A stretch of DNA of 32,684 bases from Escherichia phage Wphi. Under the pieces are notes generated by a model that did not search any database, had not been told where the DNA came from, and was given only the letters and a program-made list of their open reading frames with translations. Location: the sequence record AY135739; one strand, given 5' to 3'. The position numbers and the translations under genes were made by a program. Shown piece after piece: positions 1 through 9,368 of the stretch. Positions within the stretch are counted from its first letter, which is position 1. The number at the start of each line of letters is the position of its first letter.

Positions 1-19
1 GGCGAGGCGGGGAAAGCAC
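1..19. other. cos: cos cohesive-end sequence (left end of packaged P2-like genome)
   Basis: Window begins GGCGAGGCGGGGAAAGCAC, which I recognise as the P2-type 19-nt cohesive end; it sits just outside the portal/terminase module as in P2. Confidence 0.5.
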
Positions 20-160
20 TGCGCGCTGGCGGTGGTGCTGATTTTATTTTTTCAGCGTCTCAGCGCGTCGTGACGGCACTTAGTCTGCCCGTTGAGGCGT
101 TGTGTGTCTGCGGGCTGTTTTGTGCGGTGGTGAGCGTGTGAGGGTGTGATGACGGGGTGT

Positions 161-183
161 AAAAAAGCCGCCCGCAGGCGGCG
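161..183 (-). terminator. putative rho-independent terminator of leftward Q-P late transcript
   Basis: On the minus strand, GC-rich hairpin GCCGCC-TGC-GGGCGGC followed by TTTTTT, immediately downstream of the Q stop codon. Confidence 0.45.
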
Positions 184-187
184 ATGT

Positions 188-1222
188 TCAGCCGTTGTCA
201 GTGTCCAGTGAGTAGTTTTTAAAGCGGATGACCTCCTGACCGAGCCAGCCGTTTATTTCCCGAATCCTGTCCTGTAACGGGATAAGCTCATTGCGGACAA
301 AGACCTTTGCCACTTTCTCAATATCACCCAGCGACCCGACGTTCTCCGGCTTGCCGCCCATCAACTGAAAGGGGATGCGGTGCGCGTCCAGCAGGTCAGC
401 GGCGCTGGCTTTTTTGATATTAAAAAAATCGTCCTTCGTTGCGACTTCACTGAGCGGGATAATTTTAATGCCGTCGGCTTTCCCCTGTGGGGCATAGAGA
501 AACAGATTTTTAAAGTTGTTGCGGCCTTTCGACTTCACCATGTTTTCGCGAAGCATTTCGATATCGTTGCGATCCTGCACGGCATCGGTAACGTACATGA
601 TGTATCCGGCATGTGCGCCGTTTTCGTAATACTTGCGGCGGAACAGCGTGGCCGACTCATTCAGCCAGGCAGAGTTAAGGGCGCTGAGATATTCCGGCAG
701 GCCGTACAGCTCCTGATTAATATCCGGCTCCAGCAGGTGAAACACGGAGCCGGGCGCGAAGGCTGTCGGCTCGTTGAAGGACGGCACCCACCAGTAAACA
801 TCCTCTTCCACACCACGGCGGGTATATTTTGCCGGTGAGGTTTCCAGTCTGATGACTTTACCGGTAGTGCTGTAACGCTTTTCCAGAAACGCATTACCGA
901 ACACCAGAAAATCCAGCACAAAGCGGCTGAAATCCTGCTGGGACAGCCACGGATGCGGGATAAATGTCGAGGCCAGAATATTGCGTTTGACGTAAATCGG
1001 GGAGCTGTGATGCACGGCAGCACGCAGGCTTTTTGCCAGACCGGTAAAGCTGATTGGTGGCTCATACCATCTGCCGTTACTGATGCATTCGACGTAATCC
1101 AGAATGTCACGGCGGTCGAGTACCGGCACCGGTTCGCCAAAGGTGAATGCCTCCATTTTCGGGGCGCTGGCGGTCATTTTTTTTGCCGCAGGTTGCAGTG
1201 TTTTCCCTTTTTTCTTGCTCAT
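188..1222 (-). CDS. Q: portal (capsid portal vertex) protein
   Basis: 344-aa ORF; position and size match P2 gpQ next to the terminase; start ATG overlaps P stop (TGATG); GGAG upstream. Confidence 0.88.
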   Translation of the reverse strand: MSKKKGKTLQPAAKKMTASAPKMEAFTFGEPVPVLDRRDILDYVECISNGRWYEPPISFTGLAKSLRAAVHHSSPIYVKRNILASTFIPHPWLSQQDFSRFVLDFLVFGNAFLEKRYSTTGKVIRLETSPAKYTRRGVEEDVYWWVPSFNEPTAFAPGSVFHLLEPDINQELYGLPEYLSALNSAWLNESATLFRRKYYENGAHAGYIMYVTDAVQDRNDIEMLRENMVKSKGRNNFKNLFLYAPQGKADGIKIIPLSEVATKDDFFNIKKASAADLLDAHRIPFQLMGGKPENVGSLGDIEKVAKVFVRNELIPLQDRIREINGWLGQEVIRFKNYSLDTDNG

Positions 1223-2994
1223 CAGTAAAACTCCAGAATGGTGGATGTCAGCGGTGTGCTGATACCGGCGGTGAGTGGCTCATTTAACAGGGCGTGCATG
1301 GTCGCCCAGGCGAGGTCGGCGTGGCTGGCTTCCTCGCTGCGGCTGGCCTCATAGGTGGCGCTGCGTCCGCTGCTGGTCATGGTCTTGCGGATAGCCATAA
1401 ACGAGCTGGTGATGTCGGTGGCGCTGACGTCATATTCCAGACAGCCACGGCGGATGACGTCTTTTGCCTTGAGCACCATTGCGGTTTTCATTTCCGGCGT
1501 GTAGCGGATATCGCGCGCGGCGGGATAGAACGAGCGCACGAGCTGGAACACGCCGACACCGAGGCCGGTGGCATCAATACCGATGTATTCGACGTTGTAT
1601 TTTTCGGTGAGTTTGCGGATGGATTCCGCCTGAGTGGCAAAGTCCATGCCTTTCCACTGGTGACGCTCAAGTATTCTGAATTTGCCACCGGCCACCACCG
1701 GCGGTGCCAGTACCACGCATCCGGCGCTGTCGCCACGGTGTGACGGGTCGTAACCAATCCAGACCGGGCGGGAGCCGAACGGATTGGCGGCAAACGGCGC
1801 ATAGTCTTCCCATTCTTCCAGCGTGTCGACCATGCAGCGTTGCAGCTCCTCGAACGGGAATACCGACGCCTTGTCGTCAACAAATTCACACATGAACAGG
1901 TTTTTAAAATCGTCGGCGCTGTTTTCGCGTTTAAGCTGCTCAATGTCGAACAATGTGCAGCCACCTTTCAGGGCGTCCTCAATGGTGACAATCTGCCGCC
2001 ACTGGCCGTCCGCACAGAGAAGACCTCCGGCAAGGGCGTTATGACTGACGTCGATTTCCACGCGTTCGGCGGCGCTGGCGCGTCCCCGGTTAAACAGTTC
2101 ACCGGACCAGAACGGATAGGCGTCGTGCGCCAGCGTGGACGGGGTGGAGAAATAGGTCGAGCGCAGGTGACTCTGTGAGGCCATACCTGATGCCACCTTA
2201 CGCAGTACCTGAAAATTCGGGATCCAGAAAATCTCGTCGACGTACAGGTCGCCGTTATGGCTCTGTGCGGTGTTGGAGTTGGTGCCGAGAAAAATCAGTT
2301 TTGCGCCGTTATTGCCCAGGACAATCGGGTCACCGGTCAGGTCAACGTCAACCAGCCGGGCAAAGGCGATGATGTATTCACGGAACACATACGCCTGCGT
2401 TTTACTGGCCGACAGAAAAATCTGGTTATGACCGGTTTTCAGGGCGCGCAGCAGCGCCTCGCGGGAAAAATAAAACGTCGCGCCAATCTGGCGGGATTTC
2501 AGGATATCGCGGATGCGGTGCTCAAGCCCGGCGCGATACCAGTGCAACTGATATTCGAAAGACTGCTCAAAGAAAATCTGCTCCAGCTTTTCGATGGCCT
2601 CGTCACTGAAAAAATTCTTTTTCGGTTTGCGACGCCCGCCTTTGTTGCGGTTAGCGACGTTCGGATTAAGGTCTGCCTCGTTGCCGGTCTGACTGTAACG
2701 GTTGACCCGTGCCAGTCGTTCAATCTGGCGTCCGAGCAGGTCAATTTCCTTGAAGTCACCGCCGGTTTTCTGCGGTTTGATGATGAGCTGGGTCAGCCGC
2801 GCTTCCAGACTCATTTCGACACGGCTGATGGGGGCAACGCTGTCCCAGCCGTCGCGCTGTTTCCAGCTCTGCACCGTCGGGCGTTTCATCTGCAACATGG
2901 CGGCAATCTGCGGCACGGAAAACCCCTGCCAGTACAGCAGCGCCGCCTGACGACGCGGGTCGTGTAAAAGAGTGGTGTCTGTGGTGATGGTCAT
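1222..2994 (-). CDS. P: terminase large (ATPase) subunit
   Basis: ORF track gives 636 aa from 3132; I place the start at the internal ATG at 2992-2994 (MTITTDTTLL...), giving about 590 aa as expected for P2 gpP; large terminase position next to portal. Confidence 0.88.
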   Translation of the reverse strand: MTITTDTTLLHDPRRQAALLYWQGFSVPQIAAMLQMKRPTVQSWKQRDGWDSVAPISRVEMSLEARLTQLIIKPQKTGGDFKEIDLLGRQIERLARVNRYSQTGNEADLNPNVANRNKGGRRKPKKNFFSDEAIEKLEQIFFEQSFEYQLHWYRAGLEHRIRDILKSRQIGATFYFSREALLRALKTGHNQIFLSASKTQAYVFREYIIAFARLVDVDLTGDPIVLGNNGAKLIFLGTNSNTAQSHNGDLYVDEIFWIPNFQVLRKVASGMASQSHLRSTYFSTPSTLAHDAYPFWSGELFNRGRASAAERVEIDVSHNALAGGLLCADGQWRQIVTIEDALKGGCTLFDIEQLKRENSADDFKNLFMCEFVDDKASVFPFEELQRCMVDTLEEWEDYAPFAANPFGSRPVWIGYDPSHRGDSAGCVVLAPPVVAGGKFRILERHQWKGMDFATQAESIRKLTEKYNVEYIGIDATGLGVGVFQLVRSFYPAARDIRYTPEMKTAMVLKAKDVIRRGCLEYDVSATDITSSFMAIRKTMTSSGRSATYEASRSEEASHADLAWATMHALLNEPLTAGISTPLTSTILEFY

Positions 2995-3167
2995 GAATAC
3001 CTCGCCGTGATGAATCCATGGCAAGGCTACTGAGTCGCGCCCCGCGATTCGGTAAGGTGCTGTTGTGGCAGTGATAAGCCATCCGGGACTGATGGCGGAG
3101 GATGCGCATCGTCGGGAAACTGATGCCGACATGTGACTCCTCTAATCACTATTCAGGACTCCTGACA
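2995..3167. promoter_or_regulatory. divergent late promoter region (P_P leftward / P_O rightward) expected by P2 synteny
   Basis: 173-bp non-coding gap between divergently transcribed P and O; exact -10/-35 or Ogr dyad not confidently identified by eye. Confidence 0.35.
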
Positions 3168-4022
3168 ATGGCAAAAAAAGTCTCAAAATTCTTTCGTATC
3201 GGCGTTGAGGGTGACACCTGTGACGGGCGTGTCATCAGTGCGCAGGATATTCAGGAAATGGCCGAAACCTTTGACCCGCGAGTCTATGGTTGCCGCATTA
3301 ACCTGGAACATCTGCGCGGCATCCTGCCTGACGGTATTTTTAAGCGTTATGGCGATGTGGCCGAACTGAAGGCCGAAAAGATTGACGATGATTCGGCGCT
3401 GAAAGGCAAATGGGCGCTGTTTGCGAAAATCACCCCGACCGATGACCTTATCGCGATGAACAAGGCCGCGCAGAAGGTCTATACCTCAATGGAAATTCAG
3501 CCGAACTTTGCCAACACCGGCAAATGTTATCTGGTGGGGCTGGCCGTCACCGATGACCCGGCAAGCCTCGGCACGGAATACCTGGAATTCTGCCGCACGG
3601 CAAAACACAACCCCCTGAACCGCTTCAAATTAAGCCCTGAAAACCTGATTTCAGTGGCAACGGCGGTTGAGCTGGAATTTGAAGACCTGCCTGAAACCGT
3701 GTTCACAGCCCTGACCGAAAAGGTGAAATCCATTTTTGGCCGCAAACAGGCCAGCGATGACGCCCGTCTGAATGACGTGCATGAAGCGGTGACCGCTGTC
3801 GCTGAGCATGTGCAGGAAAAACTGAGCGCCACTGAGCAGCGCCTTGCTGAGATGGAAACCGCCTTTTCCGCACTTAAGCAGGATGTGACTGACAGGGCGG
3901 ATGAAACCAGTCAGGCATTCACCCGCCTGAAAAACAGTCTCGACCACACCGAAAGTCTGACCCAGCAGCGCCGCAGCAAAGCCACCGGCGGTGGCGGTGA
4001 CGCCCTGATGACGAACTGCTGA
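3168..4022 (+). CDS. O: capsid scaffolding protein
   Basis: Internal ATG at 3168 (MAKKVSKFF...) gives 284 aa, the size of P2 gpO; lies between terminase and major capsid gene. Confidence 0.85.
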   Translation: MAKKVSKFFRIGVEGDTCDGRVISAQDIQEMAETFDPRVYGCRINLEHLRGILPDGIFKRYGDVAELKAEKIDDDSALKGKWALFAKITPTDDLIAMNKAAQKVYTSMEIQPNFANTGKCYLVGLAVTDDPASLGTEYLEFCRTAKHNPLNRFKLSPENLISVATAVELEFEDLPETVFTALTEKVKSIFGRKQASDDARLNDVHEAVTAVAEHVQEKLSATEQRLAEMETAFSALKQDVTDRADETSQAFTRLKNSLDHTESLTQQRRSKATGGGGDALMTNC

Positions 4023-4080
4023 CCGGCGTCAGTCAGTCCGGGAAAACCTTCACGATTAACCCTTAATTTCAGGAAAAACT

Positions 4081-5154
4081 ATGCGCCAGGAAACCCGCTT
4101 TAAATTTAATGCCTACCTGTCCCGTGTTGCCGAACTGAACGGCATCGACGCCGGTGATGTGTCGAAAAAATTCACCGTTGAACCGTCGGTCACCCAGACC
4201 CTGATGAACACCATGCAGGAGTCCTCTGACTTTCTGACCCGGATCAACATTGTGCCGGTCAGCGAAATGAAAGGGGAAAAAATTGGTATTGGTGTCACCG
4301 GCTCCATCGCCAGCACCACCGACACCGCCGGTGGCACCGAGCGTCAGCCGAAGGACTTCTCGAAGCTGGCGTCAAACAAGTACGAATGCGACCAGATTAA
4401 CTTCGATTTTTATATCCGCTACAAAACGCTGGACCTGTGGGCGCGTTATCAGGATTTCCAGCTCCGTGTCCGTAACGCCATTATCAAACGCCAGTCCCTT
4501 GATTTAATCATGGCCGGTTTTAACGGCGTGAGGCGTGCCGAAACCTCTGACCGCAGCAGTAACCAGATGCTGCAGGATGTGGCGGTCGGCTGGCTGCAGA
4601 AATACCGCAATGAAGCCCCGGCGCGCGTGATGAGCAAGGTCACTGACGAGGAAGGTCACACGACCTCTGAGGTCATCCGCGTGGGTAAGGGGGGTGATTA
4701 TGCCAGCCTCGATGCACTGGTGATGGATGCGACCAACAACCTGATTGAGCCGTGGTATCAGGAAGACCCTGACCTTGTGGTGATTGTGGGGCGTCAGCTG
4801 CTGGCGGACAAATATTTCCCCATCGTCAACAGGGAGCAGGACAACAGCGAAATGCTGGCCGCTGACGTCATCATCAGCCAGAAACGCATCGGTAACCTGC
4901 CGGCGGTACGCGTCCCGTACTTCCCGGCGGATGCGATGCTCATCACGAAGCTGGAAAACCTGTCCATCTACTACATGGATGACAGCCATCGCCGCGTGAT
5001 TGAGGAAAACCCGAAACTCGACCGCGTGGAGAACTACGAGTCAATGAACATTGATTACGTGGTGGAAGACTACGCCGCCGGTTGTCTGGTGGAAAAAATT
5101 AAGGTCGGTGATTTCTCCACACCGGCTAAAGCGACCGCAGAGCCGGGAGCGTAA
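4081..5154 (+). CDS. N: major capsid protein
   Basis: 357-aa ORF in P2 gpN position and size; follows scaffold gene. Confidence 0.9.
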   Translation: MRQETRFKFNAYLSRVAELNGIDAGDVSKKFTVEPSVTQTLMNTMQESSDFLTRINIVPVSEMKGEKIGIGVTGSIASTTDTAGGTERQPKDFSKLASNKYECDQINFDFYIRYKTLDLWARYQDFQLRVRNAIIKRQSLDLIMAGFNGVRRAETSDRSSNQMLQDVAVGWLQKYRNEAPARVMSKVTDEEGHTTSEVIRVGKGGDYASLDALVMDATNNLIEPWYQEDPDLVVIVGRQLLADKYFPIVNREQDNSEMLAADVIISQKRIGNLPAVRVPYFPADAMLITKLENLSIYYMDDSHRRVIEENPKLDRVENYESMNIDYVVEDYAAGCLVEKIKVGDFSTPAKATAEPGA

Positions 5155-5157
5155 CCG

Positions 5158-5901
5158 ATGACGAGTCCCGCACAGCGCCACATGATGCGGGTCTCGGCAG
5201 CGATGACCGCGCAGCGGGAAGCCGCCCCGCTGCGACATGCAACTGTCTATGAGCAGATGCTGGTTAAGCTCGCCGCAGACCAGCGCACACTGAAAGCGAT
5301 TTATTCAAAAGAGCTTAAGGCCGCGAAAAAACGCGAACTGCTGCCGTTCTGGTTGCCGTGGGTGAACGGCGTGCTGGAGCAGGGCAAAGGTGCACAGGAT
5401 GACATTCTGATGACGGTCATGCTGTGGCGTCTGGATACCGGCGATATTGCCGGTGCGCTGGAGATTGCCCGTTATGCCCTGAAGTACGGTCTGACCATGC
5501 CGGGTAAACACCGCCGCACCCCGCCGTACATGTTCACCGAGGAGGTGGCGCTTGCGGCCATGCGCGCCCACGCTGCCGGTGAGTCTGTGGATACCCGCCT
5601 GCTGACGGAGACCCTTGCACTGACCGCCACGGCAGACATGCCTGATGAAGTGCGCGCAAAGCTGCACAAAATCACCGGTCTGTTTCTGCGTGACGCTGGT
5701 GATGCCGCCGGTGCGCTGGCTCACCTGCAACGTGCGACACAGCTCGACTGTCAGGCAGGCGTCAAAAAAGAGATTGAACGACTGGAGCGGGAGCTGAAAC
5801 CGAAGCCGGAGCCGCAGCCCAAAGCGGCCACCCGCGCCCTGCGTAAGACCCGGAGCGTGACACCGGCAAAACGTGGACGCCCGAAAAAGAAAGCCAGTTA
5901 A
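5158..5901 (+). CDS. M: terminase small (endonuclease) subunit
   Basis: 247-aa ORF directly after N, matching P2 gpM position and size; basic K/R-rich C-terminus. Confidence 0.85.
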   Translation: MTSPAQRHMMRVSAAMTAQREAAPLRHATVYEQMLVKLAADQRTLKAIYSKELKAAKKRELLPFWLPWVNGVLEQGKGAQDDILMTVMLWRLDTGDIAGALEIARYALKYGLTMPGKHRRTPPYMFTEEVALAAMRAHAAGESVDTRLLTETLALTATADMPDEVRAKLHKITGLFLRDAGDAAGALAHLQRATQLDCQAGVKKEIERLERELKPKPEPQPKAATRALRKTRSVTPAKRGRPKKKAS

Positions 5902-6000
5902 CAACCGAATGCGCCCCGCGCCAGGGCGGCACGCCGGTCAGTGAGGGTGAATCACCTGACGCTGTACCGGCGTCCACCGCCCGACTTTTCAGAGGTAGTC

Positions 6001-6510
6001 ATGATGACGCTGATTATTCCGCGAAAGGAGGCTCCCGTGTCCGGTGAGGGTACGGTGGTCATCCCGCAACCGGCAGGCGACGAGCCGGTGATTAAAAACA
6101 CGTTCTTTTTTCCCGATATCGACCCGAAGCGCGTCCGGGAACGTATGCGCCTTGAGCAGACCGTCGCCCCCGCCCGTCTGCGTGAGGCCATCAAGTCAGG
6201 CATGGCGGAGACGAATGCGGAGCTGTACGAGTACCGCGAACAGAAAATTGCCGCCGGTTTTACGCGTCTGGCGGACGTTCCGGCGGACGACATCGACGGT
6301 GAAAGCATCAAAGTTTTTTACTACGAGCGCGCCGTGTGTGCGATGGCGACCGCGTCGCTTTATGAGCGTTACCGCGGCGTGGATGCCAGTGCGAAAGGCG
6401 ACAAGAAGCCTGACAGCATTGACAGCACCATTGATGAGCTGTGGCGGGATATGCGCTGGGCGGTGGCGCGTATCCAGGACAAGCCGCGCTGCATCGTGAG
6501 TCAAATCTGA
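6001..6510 (+). CDS. L: head completion/stabilisation protein
   Basis: ATG at 6001 preceded by GAGGTAG gives 169 aa (P2 gpL size); ORF-track start at 5941 lacks an RBS. Confidence 0.8.
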   Translation: MMTLIIPRKEAPVSGEGTVVIPQPAGDEPVIKNTFFFPDIDPKRVRERMRLEQTVAPARLREAIKSGMAETNAELYEYREQKIAAGFTRLADVPADDIDGESIKVFYYERAVCAMATASLYERYRGVDASAKGDKKPDSIDSTIDELWRDMRWAVARIQDKPRCIVSQI

Positions 6511-6713
6511 TGAAGACCTTTGCGCTACAGGGCGACACGCTCGACGCCATTTGTGTCCGGTATTACGGGCGCACTGAGGGCGTGGTCGAGGCCGTGCTCG
6601 CCGCAAATCCGGGACTGGCTGAACTGGGTGCGGTGCTGCCACACGGCACCGCCGTCGAACTGCCCGACGTTCAGACCGCGCCCGTGGCTGAAACTGTCAA
6701 TCTGTGGGAGTAA
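6510..6713 (+). CDS. X: tail protein X (LysM-like)
   Basis: ATG at 6510 overlaps the L stop (ATGA...); 67-aa product MKTFALQGDTLDAICVRYYGRTEGV... matches P2 gpX size and position. Confidence 0.75.
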   Translation: MKTFALQGDTLDAICVRYYGRTEGVVEAVLAANPGLAELGAVLPHGTAVELPDVQTAPVAETVNLWE

Positions 6714-6716
6714 CGC

Positions 6717-6998
6717 ATGACAGCAGAAGAAAAAAGCGTCCTGTCGCTTTTCATGATTGGGGTGCTGATTGTTGTCGGCAAGGTGCTTGCCGGTGGTGAA
6801 CCCATCACCCCGCGTCTGTTTATCGGGCGCATGTTGCTCGGTGGTTTTGTCTCGATGGTTGCCGGTGTTGTTCTGGTGCAGTTTCCTGACCTGTCACTGC
6901 CTGCGGTGTGCGGCATCGGCTCCATGCTGGGTATCGCCGGTTATCAGGTGATTGAGATTGCCATTCAGCGCCGTTTTAAGGGCAGGGGGAAACAGTAA
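6717..6998 (+). CDS. Y: holin
   Basis: 93-aa protein with hydrophobic transmembrane segments and a charged C-terminus (RRFKGRGKQ); first gene of the lysis cassette as in P2. Confidence 0.8.
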   Translation: MTAEEKSVLSLFMIGVLIVVGKVLAGGEPITPRLFIGRMLLGGFVSMVAGVVLVQFPDLSLPAVCGIGSMLGIAGYQVIEIAIQRRFKGRGKQ

Positions 6999-7495
6999 TG
7001 CCGGTAATTAACACGCATCAGAATATCGCCGCCTTTCTCGACATGCTGGCAGTGTCCGAAGGGACGGCGAATCATCCGCTGACGAAAAACCGGGGCTATG
7101 ACGTGATAGTCACCGGACTGGACGGGAAGCCGGAAATTTTCACCGACTACAGTGACCACCCGTTCGCGCATGGCCGACCGGCGAAGGTGTTTAACTGTCG
7201 CGGTGAAAAATCCACGGCCTCCGGTCGCTATCAGCAGCTTTACCTGTTCTGGCCGCATTACCGCAAACAGCTTGCCCTGCCGGATTTCAGTCCGTTGTCA
7301 CAGGACAGACTCGCCATTCAGTTGATCCGCGAACGCGGTGCGCTGGATGACATCCGGGCGGGACGCATTGAGCGCGCCATTTCACGCTGTCGCAATATCT
7401 GGGCGTCCCTGCCGGGTGCCGGTTACGGTCAGCGTGAGCATTCACTGGAAAAACTGGTCACCGTCTGGCGTACCGCTGGCGGCGTACCGGCTTAA
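6998..7495 (+). CDS. K: endolysin (lysozyme-like)
   Basis: 165-aa ORF starting at TAATG overlap with Y; position and size of P2 gpK. Confidence 0.85.
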   Translation: MPVINTHQNIAAFLDMLAVSEGTANHPLTKNRGYDVIVTGLDGKPEIFTDYSDHPFAHGRPAKVFNCRGEKSTASGRYQQLYLFWPHYRKQLALPDFSPLSQDRLAIQLIRERGALDDIRAGRIERAISRCRNIWASLPGAGYGQREHSLEKLVTVWRTAGGVPA

Positions 7496-7509
7496 ACGGA
7501 GTAAACACC

Positions 7510-7935
7510 ATGAAGAAATTATCCCTTTCACTGATGCTGAACGTGTCGCTGGCGCTGATGCTGGCACTGTCCCTGATTTACCCGCAGAGCGTGGCCGTCA
7601 AGTTTGTCTGCACCTGGGCGATTCTGGCGACGGTTATCTGTGTGGTTGCCGGTGGTGTCGGCGTGTATGCCACTGAGTATGTGCTGGAACGCTACGGGCG
7701 GGAGCTGCCGCCTGAATCGCTTGCCGTGAAGATTGTCACGTCGTTGTTTTTGCAGCCGGTGCCGTGGCGCAGACGGGCGGCGGCTCTGGTGGTGATGGTG
7801 GCGACGTTTATCTCGCTGGTCGCTGCCGGGTGGATTTTTACCGCGCTGATTTACCTCGTGGCGTCGCTGTTCTTCCGGCTGATACGTACGGCCTGTCGTC
7901 AGCGTTTTGAGGGGCGGGAACCATGTCAAAGCTGA
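7510..7935 (+). CDS. lysA: lysis accessory membrane protein (putative antiholin)
   Basis: 141-aa strongly hydrophobic protein with multiple predicted TM helices; P2 lysA position and size. Confidence 0.7.
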   Translation: MKKLSLSLMLNVSLALMLALSLIYPQSVAVKFVCTWAILATVICVVAGGVGVYATEYVLERYGRELPPESLAVKIVTSLFLQPVPWRRRAAALVVMVATFISLVAAGWIFTALIYLVASLFFRLIRTACRQRFEGREPCQS

Positions 7936-8348
7936 TGATTGTGATGGTTGTGTTGTTATCGCTGGCGGTGGCGGGGCTGTTTCTGGCGAAGCATGAAAAC
8001 GCCAGCCTGCGCGCCTCGCTGGACAGGGTGAACAACGTCGCCAGTGAACAGCAGACGACCATCACCATGCTGAAAAATCAGCTTCATGTTGCCCTCACCA
8101 GGGCAGACAAAAACGAGCTGGCGCAGGTGGCACTGCGTCAGGAACTGGAGAACGCCGCGAAGCGTGAAGCACAGCGCGAGAAAACCATCACGAGGTTACT
8201 GAATGAAAACGAAGATTTTCGCCGCTGGTATGGTGCTGGCCTGCCTGATGCTGTGCGCCGGTTGCACCAGCGCCCGGCCTGCACAGACGCCAGTGATTGT
8301 CGCCAACGCCTGCCCGAAAGTGAGCCTTTGCCAGATGCCGGGCAGTGA
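7923..8348 (+). CDS. lysB: inner-membrane spanin component (Rz-like)
   Basis: 141 aa; N-terminal TM helix followed by a charged, helical (coiled-coil-like) region; P2 lysB position. Confidence 0.7.
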   Translation: MSKLMIVMVVLLSLAVAGLFLAKHENASLRASLDRVNNVASEQQTTITMLKNQLHVALTRADKNELAQVALRQELENAAKREAQREKTITRLLNENEDFRRWYGAGLPDAVRRLHQRPACTDASDCRQRLPESEPLPDAGQ

Positions 8349-8493
8349 CCCGGAGACGAACGGCGATTTAAGTGCCGATATCCGACAGCTTGAGAACGCG
8401 CTGGCACGCTGTGCCAGCCAGGTAAAAATGATTAAACACTGTCAGGACGAAAACGATGCTCAAACCCGACAGCCTGCGCAGGGCGCTGACTGA
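8203..8493 (+). CDS. lysC: outer-membrane lipoprotein spanin component (Rz1-like), embedded out of frame in lysB
   Basis: 96-aa ORF in a different frame inside lysB; signal peptide ending in lipobox-like LCAGC; GAGG RBS about 7 nt upstream of the ATG. Confidence 0.65.
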   Translation: MKTKIFAAGMVLACLMLCAGCTSARPAQTPVIVANACPKVSLCQMPGSDPETNGDLSADIRQLENALARCASQVKMIKHCQDENDAQTRQPAQGAD

Positions 8494-8923
8494 TGCCGTC
8501 ACGGTGCTGAAAACCAGTCCCGAGATGCTGCGGATATTCGTTGATAACGGGAGTATTGCCTCCACGCTGGCGACGTCGTTGTCATTCGAAAAGCGTTACA
8601 CGCTCAATGTGATTGTGACCGACTTTACCGGTGATTTTGACCTGCTCATTGTGCCGGTGCTGGCGTGGCTGCGGGAAAATCAGCCCGACATCATGACCAC
8701 CGACGCAGGCCAGAAAAAGGGCTTCACGTTTTATGCAGACATCAACAATGACAGCAGCTTTGATATCAGCATCAGCCTGATGCTGACCGAGCGCACGCTG
8801 GTCAGTGAGGTGGACGGCGCACTGCATGTGAAGAATATCCCGGAACCCCCGCCGCCGGAGCCGGTCACCCGCCCGGTGGAGCTTTATATCAATGGCGAAC
8901 TGGTGAGCAAGTGGGATGAATGA
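8456..8923 (+). CDS. R: tail completion protein
   Basis: 155-aa ORF; P2 gpR position and size. Confidence 0.8.
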   Translation: MLKPDSLRRALTDAVTVLKTSPEMLRIFVDNGSIASTLATSLSFEKRYTLNVIVTDFTGDFDLLIVPVLAWLRENQPDIMTTDAGQKKGFTFYADINNDSSFDISISLMLTERTLVSEVDGALHVKNIPEPPPPEPVTRPVELYINGELVSKWDE

Positions 8924-9368
8924 GTTTAAGCGTTTTGAAGACCGGCTGACCGGACTGATTGAATCGCTGTCACCGTCAGGGCGTCGGCGACTGAGTGCCG
9001 AACTGGCGAAGCGTCTGCGGCAGAGTCAGCAGCGTCGGGTGATGGCACAGAAAGCCCCGGACGGCACACCCTACGCGCCACGTCAGCAGCAGAGCGCCAG
9101 AAAAAAGACCGGTCGCGTTAAGCGAAAAATGTTTGCGAAACTTATCACCAGTCGTTTTTTGCATATCCGCGCCAGCCCTGAACAGGCCTCAATGGAGTTT
9201 TACGGCGGAAAGTCACCGAAAATCGCCAGTGTGCATCAGTTCGGTCTGTCGGAAGAAAACCGGAAAGACGGTAAGAAGATTGATTATCCGGCGCGTCCTC
9301 TGCTCGGCTTTACCGGTGAGGATGTGCAGATGATTGAAGAGATTATCCTGGCTCACCTCGACCGTTAG
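8916..9368 (+). CDS. S: tail completion protein
   Basis: 150-aa ORF overlapping the R end; P2 gpS position and size. Confidence 0.8.
   Translation: MNEFKRFEDRLTGLIESLSPSGRRRLSAELAKRLRQSQQRRVMAQKAPDGTPYAPRQQQSARKKTGRVKRKMFAKLITSRFLHIRASPEQASMEFYGGKSPKIASVHQFGLSEENRKDGKKIDYPARPLLGFTGEDVQMIEEIILAHLDR

Noticed and set aside
380-1228. Antisense and alternative-frame ORFs inside Q (380..838 +, 661..1140 -, 953..1228 +)
   Set aside because: They lie wholly within a confidently assigned portal gene in GC-rich DNA where long spurious frames are common; no RBS and no recognisable motifs.
1294-2967. Multiple ORFs overlapping the terminase gene P on either strand (for example 2257..2967 +, 236 aa)
   Set aside because: Shadow ORFs of a well-supported coding region; products are low-complexity and Arg/Gly/Ala-rich as expected from antisense GC-rich sequence.
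3102-3167. ORF-track upstream extensions as true starts (O at 3102, P at 3132, L at 5941, ogr at 22157, A at 26184)
   Set aside because: Internal ATGs give products matching expected family lengths and have better RBS or stop-start coupling; the extensions run into divergent promoter or upstream coding sequence.
4504-5904. Long antisense ORFs within N and M (4504..4989 -, 5305..5904 -)
   Set aside because: Located entirely opposite the major capsid and small terminase genes; no independent start signals.
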